Part shown: positions 26,438-38,994 of the stretch, piece after piece
Numbering within the stretch: the first letter of the stretch is position 1
Layout of the letters: each line of letters starts with the position of its first letter
DNA from: Lama glama
Taxonomy: Eukaryota
Direction: 5' to 3'
Assembly: GCA_028534125.1 (NCBI GenBank)
Contig: CM052818.1
Span: 23,872,001 to 23,936,000 of the forward strand
Length of the DNA stretch: 64,000 bases
The notes under the pieces: model-generated
Database searches by the model: none
What the model was told of the DNA's origin: nothing
What the model saw: only the letters and a program-made list of their open reading frames with translations
Translations under genes and position numbers: made by a program

Positions 26438-27103
26438 AGTATGATCTAGCAATCCCACTCCTGGGCATATATCCAGAGGGAACTCTAATTCGAAAAGATA
26501 CGTGCACCCCAATGATCACGGCAGCACTATATACAATAGCCACGACATGGAAACAACCTAAATGTCTAACACAGATGACTCGATAAAGAACTGTGGTATA
26601 TTTATACAATGGAATACTACTCAGCCATAAAAAGAGAATAAAATAATGCCATTTGCTGCAACATGGATGGACCCAGAGATTATCATTCTAAGTGAAGTAA
26701 GCCAGAAGGAGAAAGAAAAATACCATATGCTATCATTCATATGTGGAATCTTAAAAAAAAAAAAAAAGACACAAATGAACTTATTTACAAAACAGAAACT
26801 GAATCACAGACACAGGAAAAAAAAAAAACACAACTTACGGTTACCAGCAGGGAAAGGGGGTGAGAAGGGATAAATTGCAAGTTCTAGATTTACATATTCT
26901 ACTACTATAAATAAAATAAATAAAGTTTCTTCTGTATAGCACAGGGAACTGTATTCAATATCTTATAGTAACCTATAATGAAAAACAATATGAAAACAAA
27001 TATATGTATGTATATGTATGACTGAAACATTATGCTGTACACCAGAAACTGACACAACATTGTAAACTGGCTATACTTCGACTAAAAAATTTTTTTTAGA
27101 AAT
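26438..27103 (+). mobile_element. Young 5'-truncated L1 nested in the old L1
   Basis: ORF 26646 'MPFAATWMDPEIIILSEVSQKEKEKYHMLSFICGI' followed by an intact-looking 3' UTR. Confidence 0.92.
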
Positions 27104-27953
27104 TAAAGCTATAGCGATAAAAGGCAGTGGTATAAGGATAGACAAACAGATAAATGGAATATAGAATCCAGGAGCAAACTCAAACATATGTGATTAATTG
27201 ATTTTTGGCTCAGGTTCCAAATCAATTCAATGGGGAAAGGAAATACTTTTAACAAATGAGCCTTAACATCTGGACATCCACGTGGAGAGAAAGTGAACTT
27301 TGCCTCCTACCCCACTTCAGACACAAGTAATATGGAGTGAAACATACTCCTAAATTGTAAGAAAATATATTAGATTATTTTTGTTACCTTAGAGTAGGCA
27401 AAGATTTTTTTTTTCAGACAAGACATGACAGGCACTAATCACAAATGACAAGTGACAAATTAGATCTCATAAAAATGTGAGTTTCCTTTATATCAAAAGA
27501 TAACTTCAAGAGAATTACAAGGAAATCCACAAAATAGAAAATGGGATAAAAGTGAATATGGTATAAAATTGAAATATCTATGAAAAAGGACCTATATCTT
27601 GAGTACATAAGGAACTCCTACAAACAGACAATTAAAAAGATAGACTATGCAATTTAATAATTCACAAAAGGCTTCAACAGATGTTTTGCAAAAGAAGATA
27701 CACAATGGCCAAGCAGTGAAAAGGTGATCAACATTTTTGGTTTTTAGGACAATGTGAATTAAAGCCCACAATGTAAGGTCATTTCTGCAAAGTAGAATGT
27801 GTAGAATAAAAAAGAATAACAATATCAAAGGACGGCCAGAATGTGGAGCAACTGAAACTGAAAAAGTTACAGAATGTTGGTGTGAATTTAAAATTGCATG
27901 ACTGCTTTGGTGAACTGCAGTAGTTTCCTATAAAGATAAATGTATACCTAAAC

Positions 27954-28188
27954 TAAGTTTTGGCAAACTTTTTGTGTAAATGGTCAGGCAGTAAGTAAAT
28001 AGTTTAACCTTTGCAGGTCATATGTTTTCTACTACTAATACTCAGTCTGTCCACTGCAGCACAAAAGCAGCTATGGAAAATATATAAACAAATGAACATG
28101 ACCCTGTGTTAGTAAAGTTTTATTGACAAAGGCAGGTAGGTGGTGGGCCAGATTTGGCCCACAGACAGTAGCAGTTTGTGGATTCCTG
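27954..28188 (+). mobile_element. MER58A-type hAT-Charlie MITE
   Basis: 'ggcaaactttttgtgtaaatggtcag...gggccagatttggcccacag...gtttgtggattcctg' with 8-bp TSD acctaaac/atctaaac. Confidence 0.85.
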
Positions 28189-30839
28189 ATCTAAACTATT
28201 CGCTGAAGTGCAATATTTAGAAAGAAATGAAAATATTAGTCTATTAAAGGACTTGCACTCTAGTATCTATAACGGCTTTATCTACAATAGACAAAATCTA
28301 AAAACAACCCAAATGTCTATCCATAAGAGAAATGGATAAACAAAATCAGTTATTTGTATAATACCACTCAATAATTTAAAAGAATGAATACTAATACATG
28401 CAACTAATATGGAGGAAATTAAAAATTAAAACACACACACACACACACACACACACAAATCCATTGACAATGCCAAATGAAAATGAAAAAGTTACCAACA
28501 CAAACACAGCTAGTTAGGATGTGGAGTGACTGGAATCATCATGCATTGCTAGTGAGTGTAAAATCTGTTCAAACATTTTAAAGGACACTTTGGAAATTCT
28601 ATTTGAAGTCTAGTATATATAGAGTAGATGTTCGTTGGTTAGATATACATTTGCTTTTATAAAATACTGATAATTTTCCAGTGTAGATGCACATGCCTGC
28701 AGCTATGACTCAGCAATTCCACTTCCAAAGAGATAACACTCCCAGAGTAACCACATTCCTGAAAGAGGTCCCACTCTCAAGTTAAATGAAACCATATGCT
28801 TACAAAAAGACTTGTTCAAGAATGTTTATTGCAAACTCATTGGTGTAGCCAAAAACTGGAAACAAACCAAGTGTCTTTCAACAGAAAAAAAAAGAGATAA
28901 CATTTTTGACATATTCATACAATGAACTATACTACCCAGCAACTTAAAGGAACATACAAGTTACTGATTTCCTCAACAAAGGTGAGTATCCAAAACATTT
29001 TGCTGAATAAAGAGGCCAGAGACAAAAGAGTACTATAAAATAAAAAATGCAGGAAAAAAAAAAGAAAGAAATCTACAGTAATTTAAGTTAAAAATGATTG
29101 CTTCTGCTAAAGTTAGTGTATAATACAGAAAGATTCAGGTGTCCTGAGAACATTCTAACGCATTTTGGGTGATGGTACACAAGTGTATACAGTTAGTAAA
29201 ACTCACATAATTGAAACCAAAATTAAAAATTTCACAACACATAAAGTTACCTTTTTTAATACAAGAGAAAATGCCACCATAGAGAAAATGATAAAAATTG
29301 CCAAATGTTCTGACTTACTACAAACATTTGACTTACTCAAAAAATCACTGTACTATACATGCCTTCAAGGCTAAAGCCCAGTCACTTGCTAATTTGACAT
29401 GAGTATATTCAACGTCCTTAAGTGTCCTTATATGTCATTCGCCCCTGTCTGGGTGGTGGAACAGAAACTTATATGATAACCATTATTATGCTTTGCAATT
29501 TGAAAAACATGAACAGTTATTTTTTCATTTAATCATTACTATTCTCGTGAAGTACCAACATGTTCATTTTGCTGTTAAGAAATTAAAAGTGGAAAGAAGT
29601 TGAAGGATCTCTTCAAGTCTCCAAAGTAGAAACTAGCAGAACTGAACTTGTGTACTTAGGTTACAACTCTAAAGCTCTACTAACATGTCTTAGACCTGAC
29701 CTGGTGTTTACAACTGTGGTTATCACAGACCACGTCCTGAATTTATTCAACTACTGAACTACATGTGACTGTACTTCTGAAACAGAATCATCTCCAGTTT
29801 GTCGTGCTCATTTCCCAGGGATCCTTGTTAGCCTCCTTCAAAGGGGAAAATATTAAGACAGTGAGAACATTACATTGTGAAGGAAAAATGAAACTTCACC
29901 CTGGCTCCCACCTGGGGGAGAGAGCCAACATGCACGTATGCATATAAAGAACTAAAACGAAACGCATTCCCAACTCTAATATGAGAAAGTATGAGAAAGA
30001 AAGAATGATAGTTTCAGTCTATTCCATTTCAGTTCTTAAAACAGTGGTGCACAGTGAGTGATCATTAAAAGAGGTTCTCCACCCACAGATAGTGATCAGA
30101 GGTTGAACTTAAATATTTCATAAAATGTGTAATTTAAGAGGCAGAGATGATGATAAGCAGTATTTCTCTTCTAATGGAAAAAAAAAAAAAAAGCTTTCAC
30201 GGCCTGTGAATACATGCCAGGCCCGGGCCGTAGCTTTCACCTTCAGCCTAAGACAGGAATGACAAGTGGGCAAGTGGGCTGCTGTTTACATGCCAACTCC
30301 CAGTTGCTGCAGGGTGGCTCCTGGGTTACAGTGAGGAGGAGGAGTCATAAGCCAGAGACTATGGGCCTCATGAAAGGGTCATTAAATGGGCTCAGGGTGG
30401 AAGAGTCATAAATGGCACATCACATTTCTAACATTCCTTAACTGTGGCCTTAGGAAAATTCCACTTCTGTTAAGATAGCTTTAGGAAGGCAGCCTTCCCT
30501 TTTGCTTTTTTTTTCTAGGTTTTCCCCCAGCTATATAGCACAAGAGACAAACAATTATAGATTAAGTGTTTTCAATATCAAAAAAAGAAAAAGAGGGAGG
30601 GGGGGGGATTTCAGGATAAACAATATACCTACCTGTGCACTGACAGATACAAGATCGCATGAAGATGCAGTGTCAAGCCACGTCCAGCTGAGGTTAAGAC
30701 CTCCCTGGAATTCTCTTGTTATGGTAACTGCATCGCACAGAGGTATCTTTATCTAATCAAGAGCAAATAGCTCATTCATTCCCTTAGATCCCTTCATCTG
30801 CTCATCCAAGATGCTTTCTTCAGCTCTGTCCTAGCTCTA

Positions 30840-33227
30840 CAGGCATACCTTGGAGATACTGTGGCTTGGTTTTCAGACCACTGCAATAAAGCTAGTGTTG
30901 CAATAAAGGGAGTCACGCAGGTTTTGTGGTTTCCCAGTGCATATAAAAGTTATGTTTATGCTATTGTAGTCTATTAAATGTGCAATAGCATTATGTCTAA
31001 AAAACAAATCTACATGTCTTAATTAGAAAATATTTTATAGATGAAAACTGCTAAACATCATCTGAGCCTTCACTAAGCCTTTTATGTGCTTGCCTGTGGA
31101 GGGACTTGCCTCTGTGTTGATGGCTACTGACTGGTCAGGGTGATGGCTGCTGAAGGGTGGCATGGCTGTGGCAATTTCTTAAAATAAGACACCAAAGAAG
31201 TTTGCAGCATCAACTCTTCCTTTCACTATTGCTGTGTAGCATACAACACTATTTGATAGTATTTTACTTATAACAGAACGTCTTTCAAAATTAGTCAGTC
31301 TTCTCAAACCCTGCTGTGGATCAACTACGTTTCTGTAATATTCTAAATTCTTGTTGTAAGTTCAATTATCTTCACAGAATCTTCACCAGGAATAGATTCC
31401 TTCTCAAGAAACCGCTTTCTTTGCTCATCCATAAGCAGCAACCCCTTGTCTGTTAAGGCTTTGCCATGAGACTGCAGCAATTCTGTCACATCTTCAGGCT
31501 CCACTCCAATTCTATTTCTCTTGCTGTTTTTGTCACATCAGCAGTTACTTCCTCCAATTAAGTCCTGAAACCCTCAAAGTCACCCATGAGGGCTGGAATC
31601 CACTTCTTCCAAACTCCTGCTAATGACCGCTTCCCTAGAATCACAGGTGTTCTTAATGATATCTAGAATGGTATATTCTTGCCAGAAGGTTTTCAATCTA
31701 CCTTGCCCAGATATATCAGAGAAGTCGCCATCTATTGCAGCGATAGCCTTACCGAATAGCTTTTTAAAAAATGACCTGACAGCTGAAATTGCTTCTTGAT
31801 CCACAGACTGCAGGATGGATGTTGTGTTAGCAGGCATGAAAAGATTCATCATGTTGTGCATCTCCATCAGAGCTCTTGGATGTTCAGGTGTATTGTCAAT
31901 GAGCAGTAATATTTTGAAAGAAATTATTTTTATTTCTGAGCAGGAGGTGTTAACAGTGGGCTTAACATATTCAGTAAATCATTTGTAAACAGGCTTGCTA
32001 TCATTCAGGCTCTGTTGTTCTACTGATATATTCCACTCTGCATAAGCAGAGAAAACTGAATGTAATTCTTAAGGGCTCTCGAGTTTTTCTGCAGTGGTGT
32101 ATGAGCACTGACTTCAACTTAAAGTTATCAGTTGCATTAGCCCCTAACTAGAGAGTCCGCCTGTCCTCTGAAGCTTTGAAGCCAGGCACTGACTTCTCTC
32201 CAGCTTTGAAAGTCCTTGATGGCATCTTCTTCCAACAGAAGGCTGTTCTGTCTACTACATTATTTAGTGTAGCCACCTTCATTAAATACATTCCCTAAAT
32301 CTTCTGGATAATCTGCTGCAGTCTCTTGTCTCAGCACTTGCTGCTTCACCTTGCACTTTTTACGTTGTGAAGATGACTTCTTTCCTTAAACCTCATGAAC
32401 CCATCTCTGTTAGCTTCAGATTTTTGTTCTGCAGCTTCCTTATCGCTCTTAGCCTTCATGGAAGTAAAGAGAGTTAGGGTCTCCCTCTGGATTAGGCATT
32501 GGCTTAATGGAATGTTGTAGCTGGTTTGTTTGATCTTCTGTCCAGATGACTGAAAATTTCTCTGTATCAGCCCTAAGGCTGTTTCAATTCCTTACCATTC
32601 ATGTGTTCACTGGAGAAGCACTGTTAATTTCCTTCAAGGCCTTTCCTTTGCATTCATAACTTGGCTAACTGGTACAAGAGGCCTAACTTCTGACCTGTCT
32701 CAGCTTTTAACATGCCTTCCTCACTAAGTATAATCATTTCTAGCTTTTGATTTAAAATGAGAGATGCGAGACTCTTCTTTTCACTCGAATGCTAAGAGGC
32801 CACTATAGGGTTATTAAGTTGGCCTAATTCCAATGTTACTGTGTCTCAGGGAATAGAGAGACCAGAGGAGAAGAAGAGGGATGGGGGGAATGGCCAGTTG
32901 GTGGAGCAGTCAGAACATACACATTTATCAACTAAGTTTGTCACTGTATACGGGTACATTTCATGATGCCCCAGAACCATTACAATAGTAACACCAAAGA
33001 TCACAGATCACAGATCAACATCAAAATATAGTAATAATTTAAATGTTTGAAATATTGCTAGAATTACCAAAATGTGACACAGAGATACAAAGTGAGCCAA
33101 TACTGTTGGAAAGATGGTGCCCATAGACTTATTTGATGCACAGTTGCCCTAAACCTTCAATTTGTTAAAAAAAAAAAAAGCAATATCTGCAAAGTATAAT
33201 AAGGTGAACCACAGTAAGATATGCCTG
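30840..33227 (-). mobile_element. Full-length Tigger1 DNA transposon with decayed pogo-type transposase
   Basis: TIR ends CAGGCATACC...ATATGCCTG flanked by TA on both sides; 2388 bp. ORF 31580-31867 'FMPANTTSILQSVDQEAI' is the DDE-domain motif. Confidence 0.95.
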
Positions 33228-33702
33228 TACTTGCTTTGTAACAAAGTAATAATAAAAACACTACCTTTGATATGTATGGTATTTTATAACTTACGAAGCA
33301 CTTTAAATTCTTTCCTCCTAATACTTTAAATAGCTTTAAGAGGTAGATTAATGTTTTTCCATTTCTCATATAAGGAAAAAAAAAAACAGACCAGAAGTAC
33401 AGGTCATCAAAGAACAGTTTTCCTTCCTAAATCCAAAATATCTCTCAATCAGATACCTGACTTTCAACTCTTTAATACTCATCCCCAATTAATGAACATT
33501 TACAGACATACATAGTGTATGCAAATGTAAAGTAACACAGATACCTAGGAAAGATGTGCAATATGTGCTTAACATATTAAGGGAAGTTTAACATAATGCT
33601 CCTGTGTAGGCACTGTCCTGATCTGGTACTAAATCATATAAGAGAATTACTGACCCTAGTCACTTTAGCTCCATTAGTCCTAAAATAAAGCATGATCTTA
33701 GA

Positions 33703-34278
33703 CACCTGCACCCCAATGTTCATAGCAGCACTACTTACAATAGCCAAGACATGAAAGCAACCTACATATCCATCAGCACATGACTGGATGAAAGAAGCTG
33801 TGGTATATTTGTACAATGGGATATTACTTAGCCATAAAAAGAATGAAATAATGCCATTTGCAGCAACAAGGATGGACCTGGAGATTGTCATATTGAGTAA
33901 AGTAAGTCATAGAAAGACAAGTATCGTATGATATCATTTATACATGGAATCTCAAAAAAATGATATAAATTCTACTTACAAACCAAAACAGACTCACAGA
34001 CATAGAAAACAAATTGTGGTTACAAAGGGGGAAAGAGTGGGGAGGGATAAATTAGGTGTGGGGATTAACAGACACATTACTTTACATAAAATAGATAAAC
34101 AACAAGGACCTACTGTATAGCACAGGAAACTATATTCAATTTCTTGTAATAAAATATAATGAAAAATAATCTGAAAAGGAAAAATACGTATGTACGTTTA
34201 TGTATAATGGGATCACTTTGCTGTACACCTGAAGCTAACATTGTAAATCAACTATACTTCAATAATTTTTTTTTAAAA
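33703..34278 (+). mobile_element. 5'-truncated L1 with TSD
   Basis: Perfect 16-bp TSD aaagcatgatcttaga at 33687-33702 and 34279-34294. Confidence 0.93.
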
Positions 34279-35099
34279 AAAGCATGATCTTAGAATACTA
34301 ACATTTTCAAGGAAAGGTAATGGTTATTCCAATAGTCCCTCAATATGCAACCTTCTACGTAGGTTATAAGCAGTCTAATATCAGAACCACCAGATAAAAT
34401 GTAAAACTGCATTAAGCTTAAGAGAACTGATTTGAAAGCTCTTCCTACTCCTTGGAATAACATCTGTGCTGGTATTACTTGCATACCCCATTATAAATTC
34501 TGCATATCCTGCATTTAACTCTGGACTGAGATGTCTCTGTTCTGTTTAAATATACTCACTGATCTCCACAAAGATTTGCTGCAATGCAGTAGTAATTTGA
34601 GGTAATGTGTCAGAAAAATGAAATAAAACAAAACAAAACGGGAAACTCAATTTGTTTTCCATTCATGGTAAGCCATTTTTCAGTCCGAATATTTGTCAGA
34701 CGTGTATGTTGGGGATAAAAATGCTTTCTCAATATAGTTTGTTTCTAACCATCTTTCCTTTTTAAAGAATAAAAGATGAATAAATAAATATATCAATTAA
34801 GTTGAAATCTTCTTTCTCATGTTTATTTCTTTTGCAATTAGAATAAAAACACATGACATTCTAGGATTTTTCAGAGGATTAAATATATCAAATGGGAAAT
34901 TGTGGTGTAAATTATAAACAAAATGTTCTTAACCTGAGATCTAGAGTCCAACTGTCACTATCAAAGATGTCAGGGTCCATGAATGGATTTTAGGAAATTG
35001 AGAATAACCAGAATAACTGAAAAATTGGTGCATGTGCAGTTGTAATGCATCATAGATAAGTGGCTCTTTTTTGTATATCAGCGTTTCCCTTAATAAGAT

Positions 35100-35232
35100 A
35101 AACGGGGTTCATCCTTCTAATTTTACAGATGAAGACAGTAAGAGCACATGGCAAATTATTTGAATGGACCGCTGGACTCAGGACCCTTTTTTTTTTTTTA
35201 AATTCCAATTCTCTGCTCTCTTTACTATACTG
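35100..35232 (-). mobile_element. MIR fragment
   Basis: 'attttacagatgaagacagtaagagcac...tgctctctttactatac'. Confidence 0.5.
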
Positions 35233-35521
35233 GACAAAACCACAGAACCAGAATTTGATTTGAATCTATTTTTCTTATCATTTCAAAGATATCGAGAAAG
35301 CCTCTGCTGTCTACAATATATTCATGTATGGATTTTAATTTCTATGTCATCATTTCCTTCCTATCTTATGTCTTATTTGAATAATGCACAGAGTAAGCAG
35401 AGCCAGCATTCAAACCCAAATACCTGTGCTCATTTGGGAGAAGTTTCCGGGTGACAATCTGCCCTCTACTGGAAAGCAGTCATATGTGGAGAATGTTCTA
35501 AAAGGACCTGAATGTAGCAAT

Positions 35522-35608
35522 TTCTTTCTTTCTTTTTTTCTTTATTGAAGTATAGTCAGTTATAATATGTCAATTTCTGATGTACATTATGTTTCAATCA
35601 TACATATA
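35522..35608 (-). mobile_element. Extreme 3' tail of a young L1
   Basis: 'tttattgaagtatagtcagttataatatgtcaatttctgatgtaca'. Confidence 0.7.
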
Positions 35609-35689
35609 CAAGTATAAGGTGCAAACTCAAGAAATTGCTGAATAAAAATATGAAATTTAGCAACTGCTTGAGTATGCACCTTATACTTG
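35609..35689. repeat. 81-nt inverted repeat/hairpin formed from tail-to-tail L2 ends
   Basis: 35-bp arms at 35609-35643 and 35655-35689, 31/35 complementary, 11-nt loop. Confidence 0.85.
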
Positions 35690-36090
35690 GCATTGTACTA
35701 GGTATAGGGAGAAAGGGACTCTTTCAATTGATTCACTTGAGAAGGGTCTTGAACATGCAGAGATAGTGTCAGATTTGCATTATAGAAAGTGAATCATATC
35801 CGTATTTAGAGAATAGACTGGTTCTCAGTGTAGACTGAGTGACTGATTAGTATATTGTAATGATCCACATGAAAGTAATGAGCAATGGGGAGTGAAATGA
35901 CAGTGAGATGCAGAGAAGGGGATGAATTTAGTAGATATTTAAATATTGGAAAAAGAAGTTCTTCATGGCTGTTGAGCTGATAGATGAGAGAATCAAGGGA
36001 AAGTGATAGGTTGAGGAACATACCTAGATTTCTTACTGGAGCAACCAGGGTAATGATGATGACCTCACAAGAAACTCAGGGGACATTGGG
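35690..36090 (-). mobile_element. L2 fragments
   Basis: 'ggcattgtactaggtataggg...agagaatcaagggaaagtg...cctagatttcttactggagcaaccagggtaatgatg'. Confidence 0.6.
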
Positions 36091-37074
36091 ACTTTTTTTT
36101 TTAATAATGAAGATTATTTATTCAAACTTGGAATAATTTATTTTCTTCAAAAGATAACTTGTAGAAACTTCAAGAGTTTTCTGAAAACGCTTGAAGCTTT
36201 CACTTTGTTGTTTAATTGACTTTGCGGACAAGGGCACAAAGGTCAGTGCAGCTACAAGAACATGCAGCAGAGACATTTTCCACACTTGAGGTTAGACCTT
36301 ACCAGCACGTTAATTGGATGAACTCTGTCCTGTCTCACGGGTGGTGAAATTTCCATGCCTGTCATGCTGTGGTGTGTCATCGAGCCAGTCAACTGGCAGC
36401 AGTTTGTTCTATTTACCAAGAGCATTTGTAGCTTGAAATTGATTTGTTATCTTAATTCAGTGACTGCTGAACATGCTAGGAATTGGAGGTGAAGGGGACT
36501 GTGTGGGGAATCTCAGTTTCCTACACAATGGGCTGGCAACTTGGACTCCTTCCTGCCTGCACTTGGCGTGGCTTCCCATAAGCAACCTTAGGGCACGTGC
36601 TGTTTGTCTTTCCCTTCTGTGAAATGAGGGCAGCTGCTGCGGTTGGATGCTGTGCTATGGGCATCCATTCCATGAGGGCATGATGCCACCAGTGTTAGGG
36701 CAGCTTGCTTAGCATTATGGGGCTAGAAGACTCAAGTAAAAATCATTCCAATTACACACATATTTCAGGCAAAATTAGCCCTTCAGCTCAAATTTTGCTT
36801 GAAATAGGGTTTAATGTCTTTTAAATATCCATTTTGTGAAAGAAAGAAAGAAAGAAAAACACGTATTATTTTTTATAGCTATCTCCATCTCTATTATGGC
36901 ATTTATTTTTCATTCTCACTTCTACACTATGATGTAGACAATCGGTTGATAAACTCATTTTTTTTAAGATAGGATCATAAGCAATTAAGAGTTTCAATGA
37001 CTTGCCCAGGGTCTTTTTGTAGCTAATGGTATAGACCTAAACTAAGCACAAGTCTCATTATTTATGGCAAGAAA

Positions 37075-37285
37075 TAGAACCTGGGTGATTTTGCCTCTGA
37101 GGGGACACGTGGGAATGTCTGGAGACATTTTTGATGGTCACTGATTGAGAGTGGGGTCCTATCAACATCTAGTTAGTAACAGTCAGGGATGCTGCTAAAC
37201 ATCCCACAATGCACAGGAAATCCCCTGCCATATGTGCGCCCAACAAAAACTATCCAGCCCCAAATATCAGAGGGCTGGGACTTTT
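37075..37285. mobile_element. MER20 hAT-Charlie element
   Basis: 'gggtgattttgcctctgaggggacacgtgggaatgtctggagacatttttg...cagggatgctgctaaacatcccacaatgcacagga'. Confidence 0.88.
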
Positions 37286-37604
37286 GATTTAGGCAGCATG
37301 AAGGTACATCAAGGTATGTACGTAATCAGGGAACTCATCTTAGGGAGTTGCAAGTCCAGGAAAAAAATCCTAGTAGATATGGAATGGGCCACTTCACTAC
37401 CTGAGAAAGTAATAGAAGATATATATTAGTGTTTCCACATTTCAGGGGAAGTATGGGAAGCATATTCTAATATTTTTATCATTATTATATAACTTCTCAT
37501 ATATTCTTCTGAAGATAATAAACTTATAAGGGAATAAGAATGACTCAACAAACTCTGTCAAAATTAGTTGACTGACACAAAAGCACCAAAATTGAATGTA
37601 TATT

Positions 37605-37740
37605 AAAATACACACATACATATATATGTACATATACACATATATAGACATACACATATAAGTATATAAATTACATACATGCTAATATTTACTAACACAT
37701 ACTCACATGATTTACTTTCTAAACACATTGTACACACAGT
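37605..37740. repeat. (TA)/(CA)-rich low-complexity tract
   Basis: tacacacatacatatatatgtacatatacacatatatagacatacacatata. Confidence 0.75.
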
Positions 37741-38592
37741 AGACTCCACTGGTTTCCCATAGACTTCAATTATCTGAAGCTCTTGCAATCATTTTGAGAA
37801 TTCTACCTGCATGAAACTAACTACAAACCTGCCATATCAAAGGTTCATGACTTCTGAAGTCACCCAGAGTAAAATCCACAATGTCAGATCTAGAAGAGGT
37901 AAATCAACATGTCAAAATTAACTCTTCATGGAAAACATCAGAGGCATCAAGGCTATTGGTTCTCATCATAAGTACTAACTGTAAAGCATACCACAACGAG
38001 AGTTTAAAAATTCAAATACAGCTTCCAATTTGGAGCCTCTCCAAACAAGACTTTGACATCACATTTTTGACTGTTGCAAAATAACCAGATAGATGGAGAG
38101 AAGAGCCCTGCCTATTATAATATGGGTACTTTTTAGCATTGGCATTCTTAGATTGAAGTAGTCAATGTCCTAACTGCATAGGATTTCAGCAAGTCAAAAT
38201 ATGTGCATCCCTGGAATTCAAGTCAACAGAAACAAAAGTAGCAGACATGGAAGAGGGTACAGAGAAGTAGAGTTAGCAAAGGTCAACATGCAGCCCACGT
38301 CAATGATTGGGAGGGACTGTCAAGTGTTCTGGAGAATGCAAGGCGAAAGATGAGACTAGAAGGGATCTGTGAAAGATAATTGATATTGCCTACCTGTGCT
38401 AAGGCACCACGGGATGCACAAACATATAAGACACAGGTCTACCTCCAATGGAAGCCTAGATCCCAAGAAAATAATAAAGTTTCAGGATAAAAATTAATTC
38501 TTACAGTTAAGTTGGAGAAGAGTTTCATAAATGTTTTATTTAGCTCTTGAGTTAAGTCTTAAAACTCTAAATTTATATTAGAATAGACAGTG

Positions 38593-38950
38593 GAACAAAG
38601 AGGGAGAAAATGGTTTTATGTGTTTGTGATCTGTGATAAGGTCCTAACTGCTATTTTTTTAACCCACATTCTATTCCCTGTTTTAACCATCCACTACCTA
38701 AGTTGTTACCTACAGAATTCTCCATGCTCCTTTAATCTCAGTATACATCTTCTTATTTTGTCACTGTCTTCAAAATTTAAACTCTTTTTAGGGCAGAGTA
38801 ACTGTCTTTCTCACAGTTATAGCCCCAGTTTATTATAACCATGATCAATATAAGCAGTCTACAAAACTTGGTTGAAATAGTGAAACCGAAATCCCAGAGC
38901 AGCTCTGCACAAGGCTGAAGACTTCCTTTACTCCTCAGAGGGAGACTGTA
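38593..38950 (+). repeat. Left arm of ~360-bp inverted duplication (contains an L2 3' end plus unique flanks)
   Basis: Aligns to the reverse complement of 39908-40279 along its length, e.g. 'cttcttattttgtcactgtctt' and 'ctgaagacttcctttactc'. Confidence 0.92.
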
Positions 38951-38994
38951 TGCACAAACATCCTGAGACTTTATGCACAAACATCCTGAGACTG
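38942..38994. repeat. 23-bp tandem duplication
   Basis: tatgcacaaacatcctgagact at 38949-38970 and 38972-38993. Confidence 0.9.

Larger units (their letters stand above)
24515..29250 (+). mobile_element. Large decayed old L1 (5' region, RT region, ORF2 end) with three nested insertions
   Basis: RT-region remnant 'aaaggcataaaatttaaaaaggaagaagtatacgtgttgttattcacaggtaacctgattgttacgtagaa' at ~25465-25540. Collinear ORF2 pieces at 26010-26430, 27105-27945 and 28200-29250. Confidence 0.75.

Noticed and set aside
31580..31867. Domesticated TIGD-like gene
   Set aside because: It is a 95-aa fragment of a frame-disrupted transposase inside a complete Tigger1 with TIRs.
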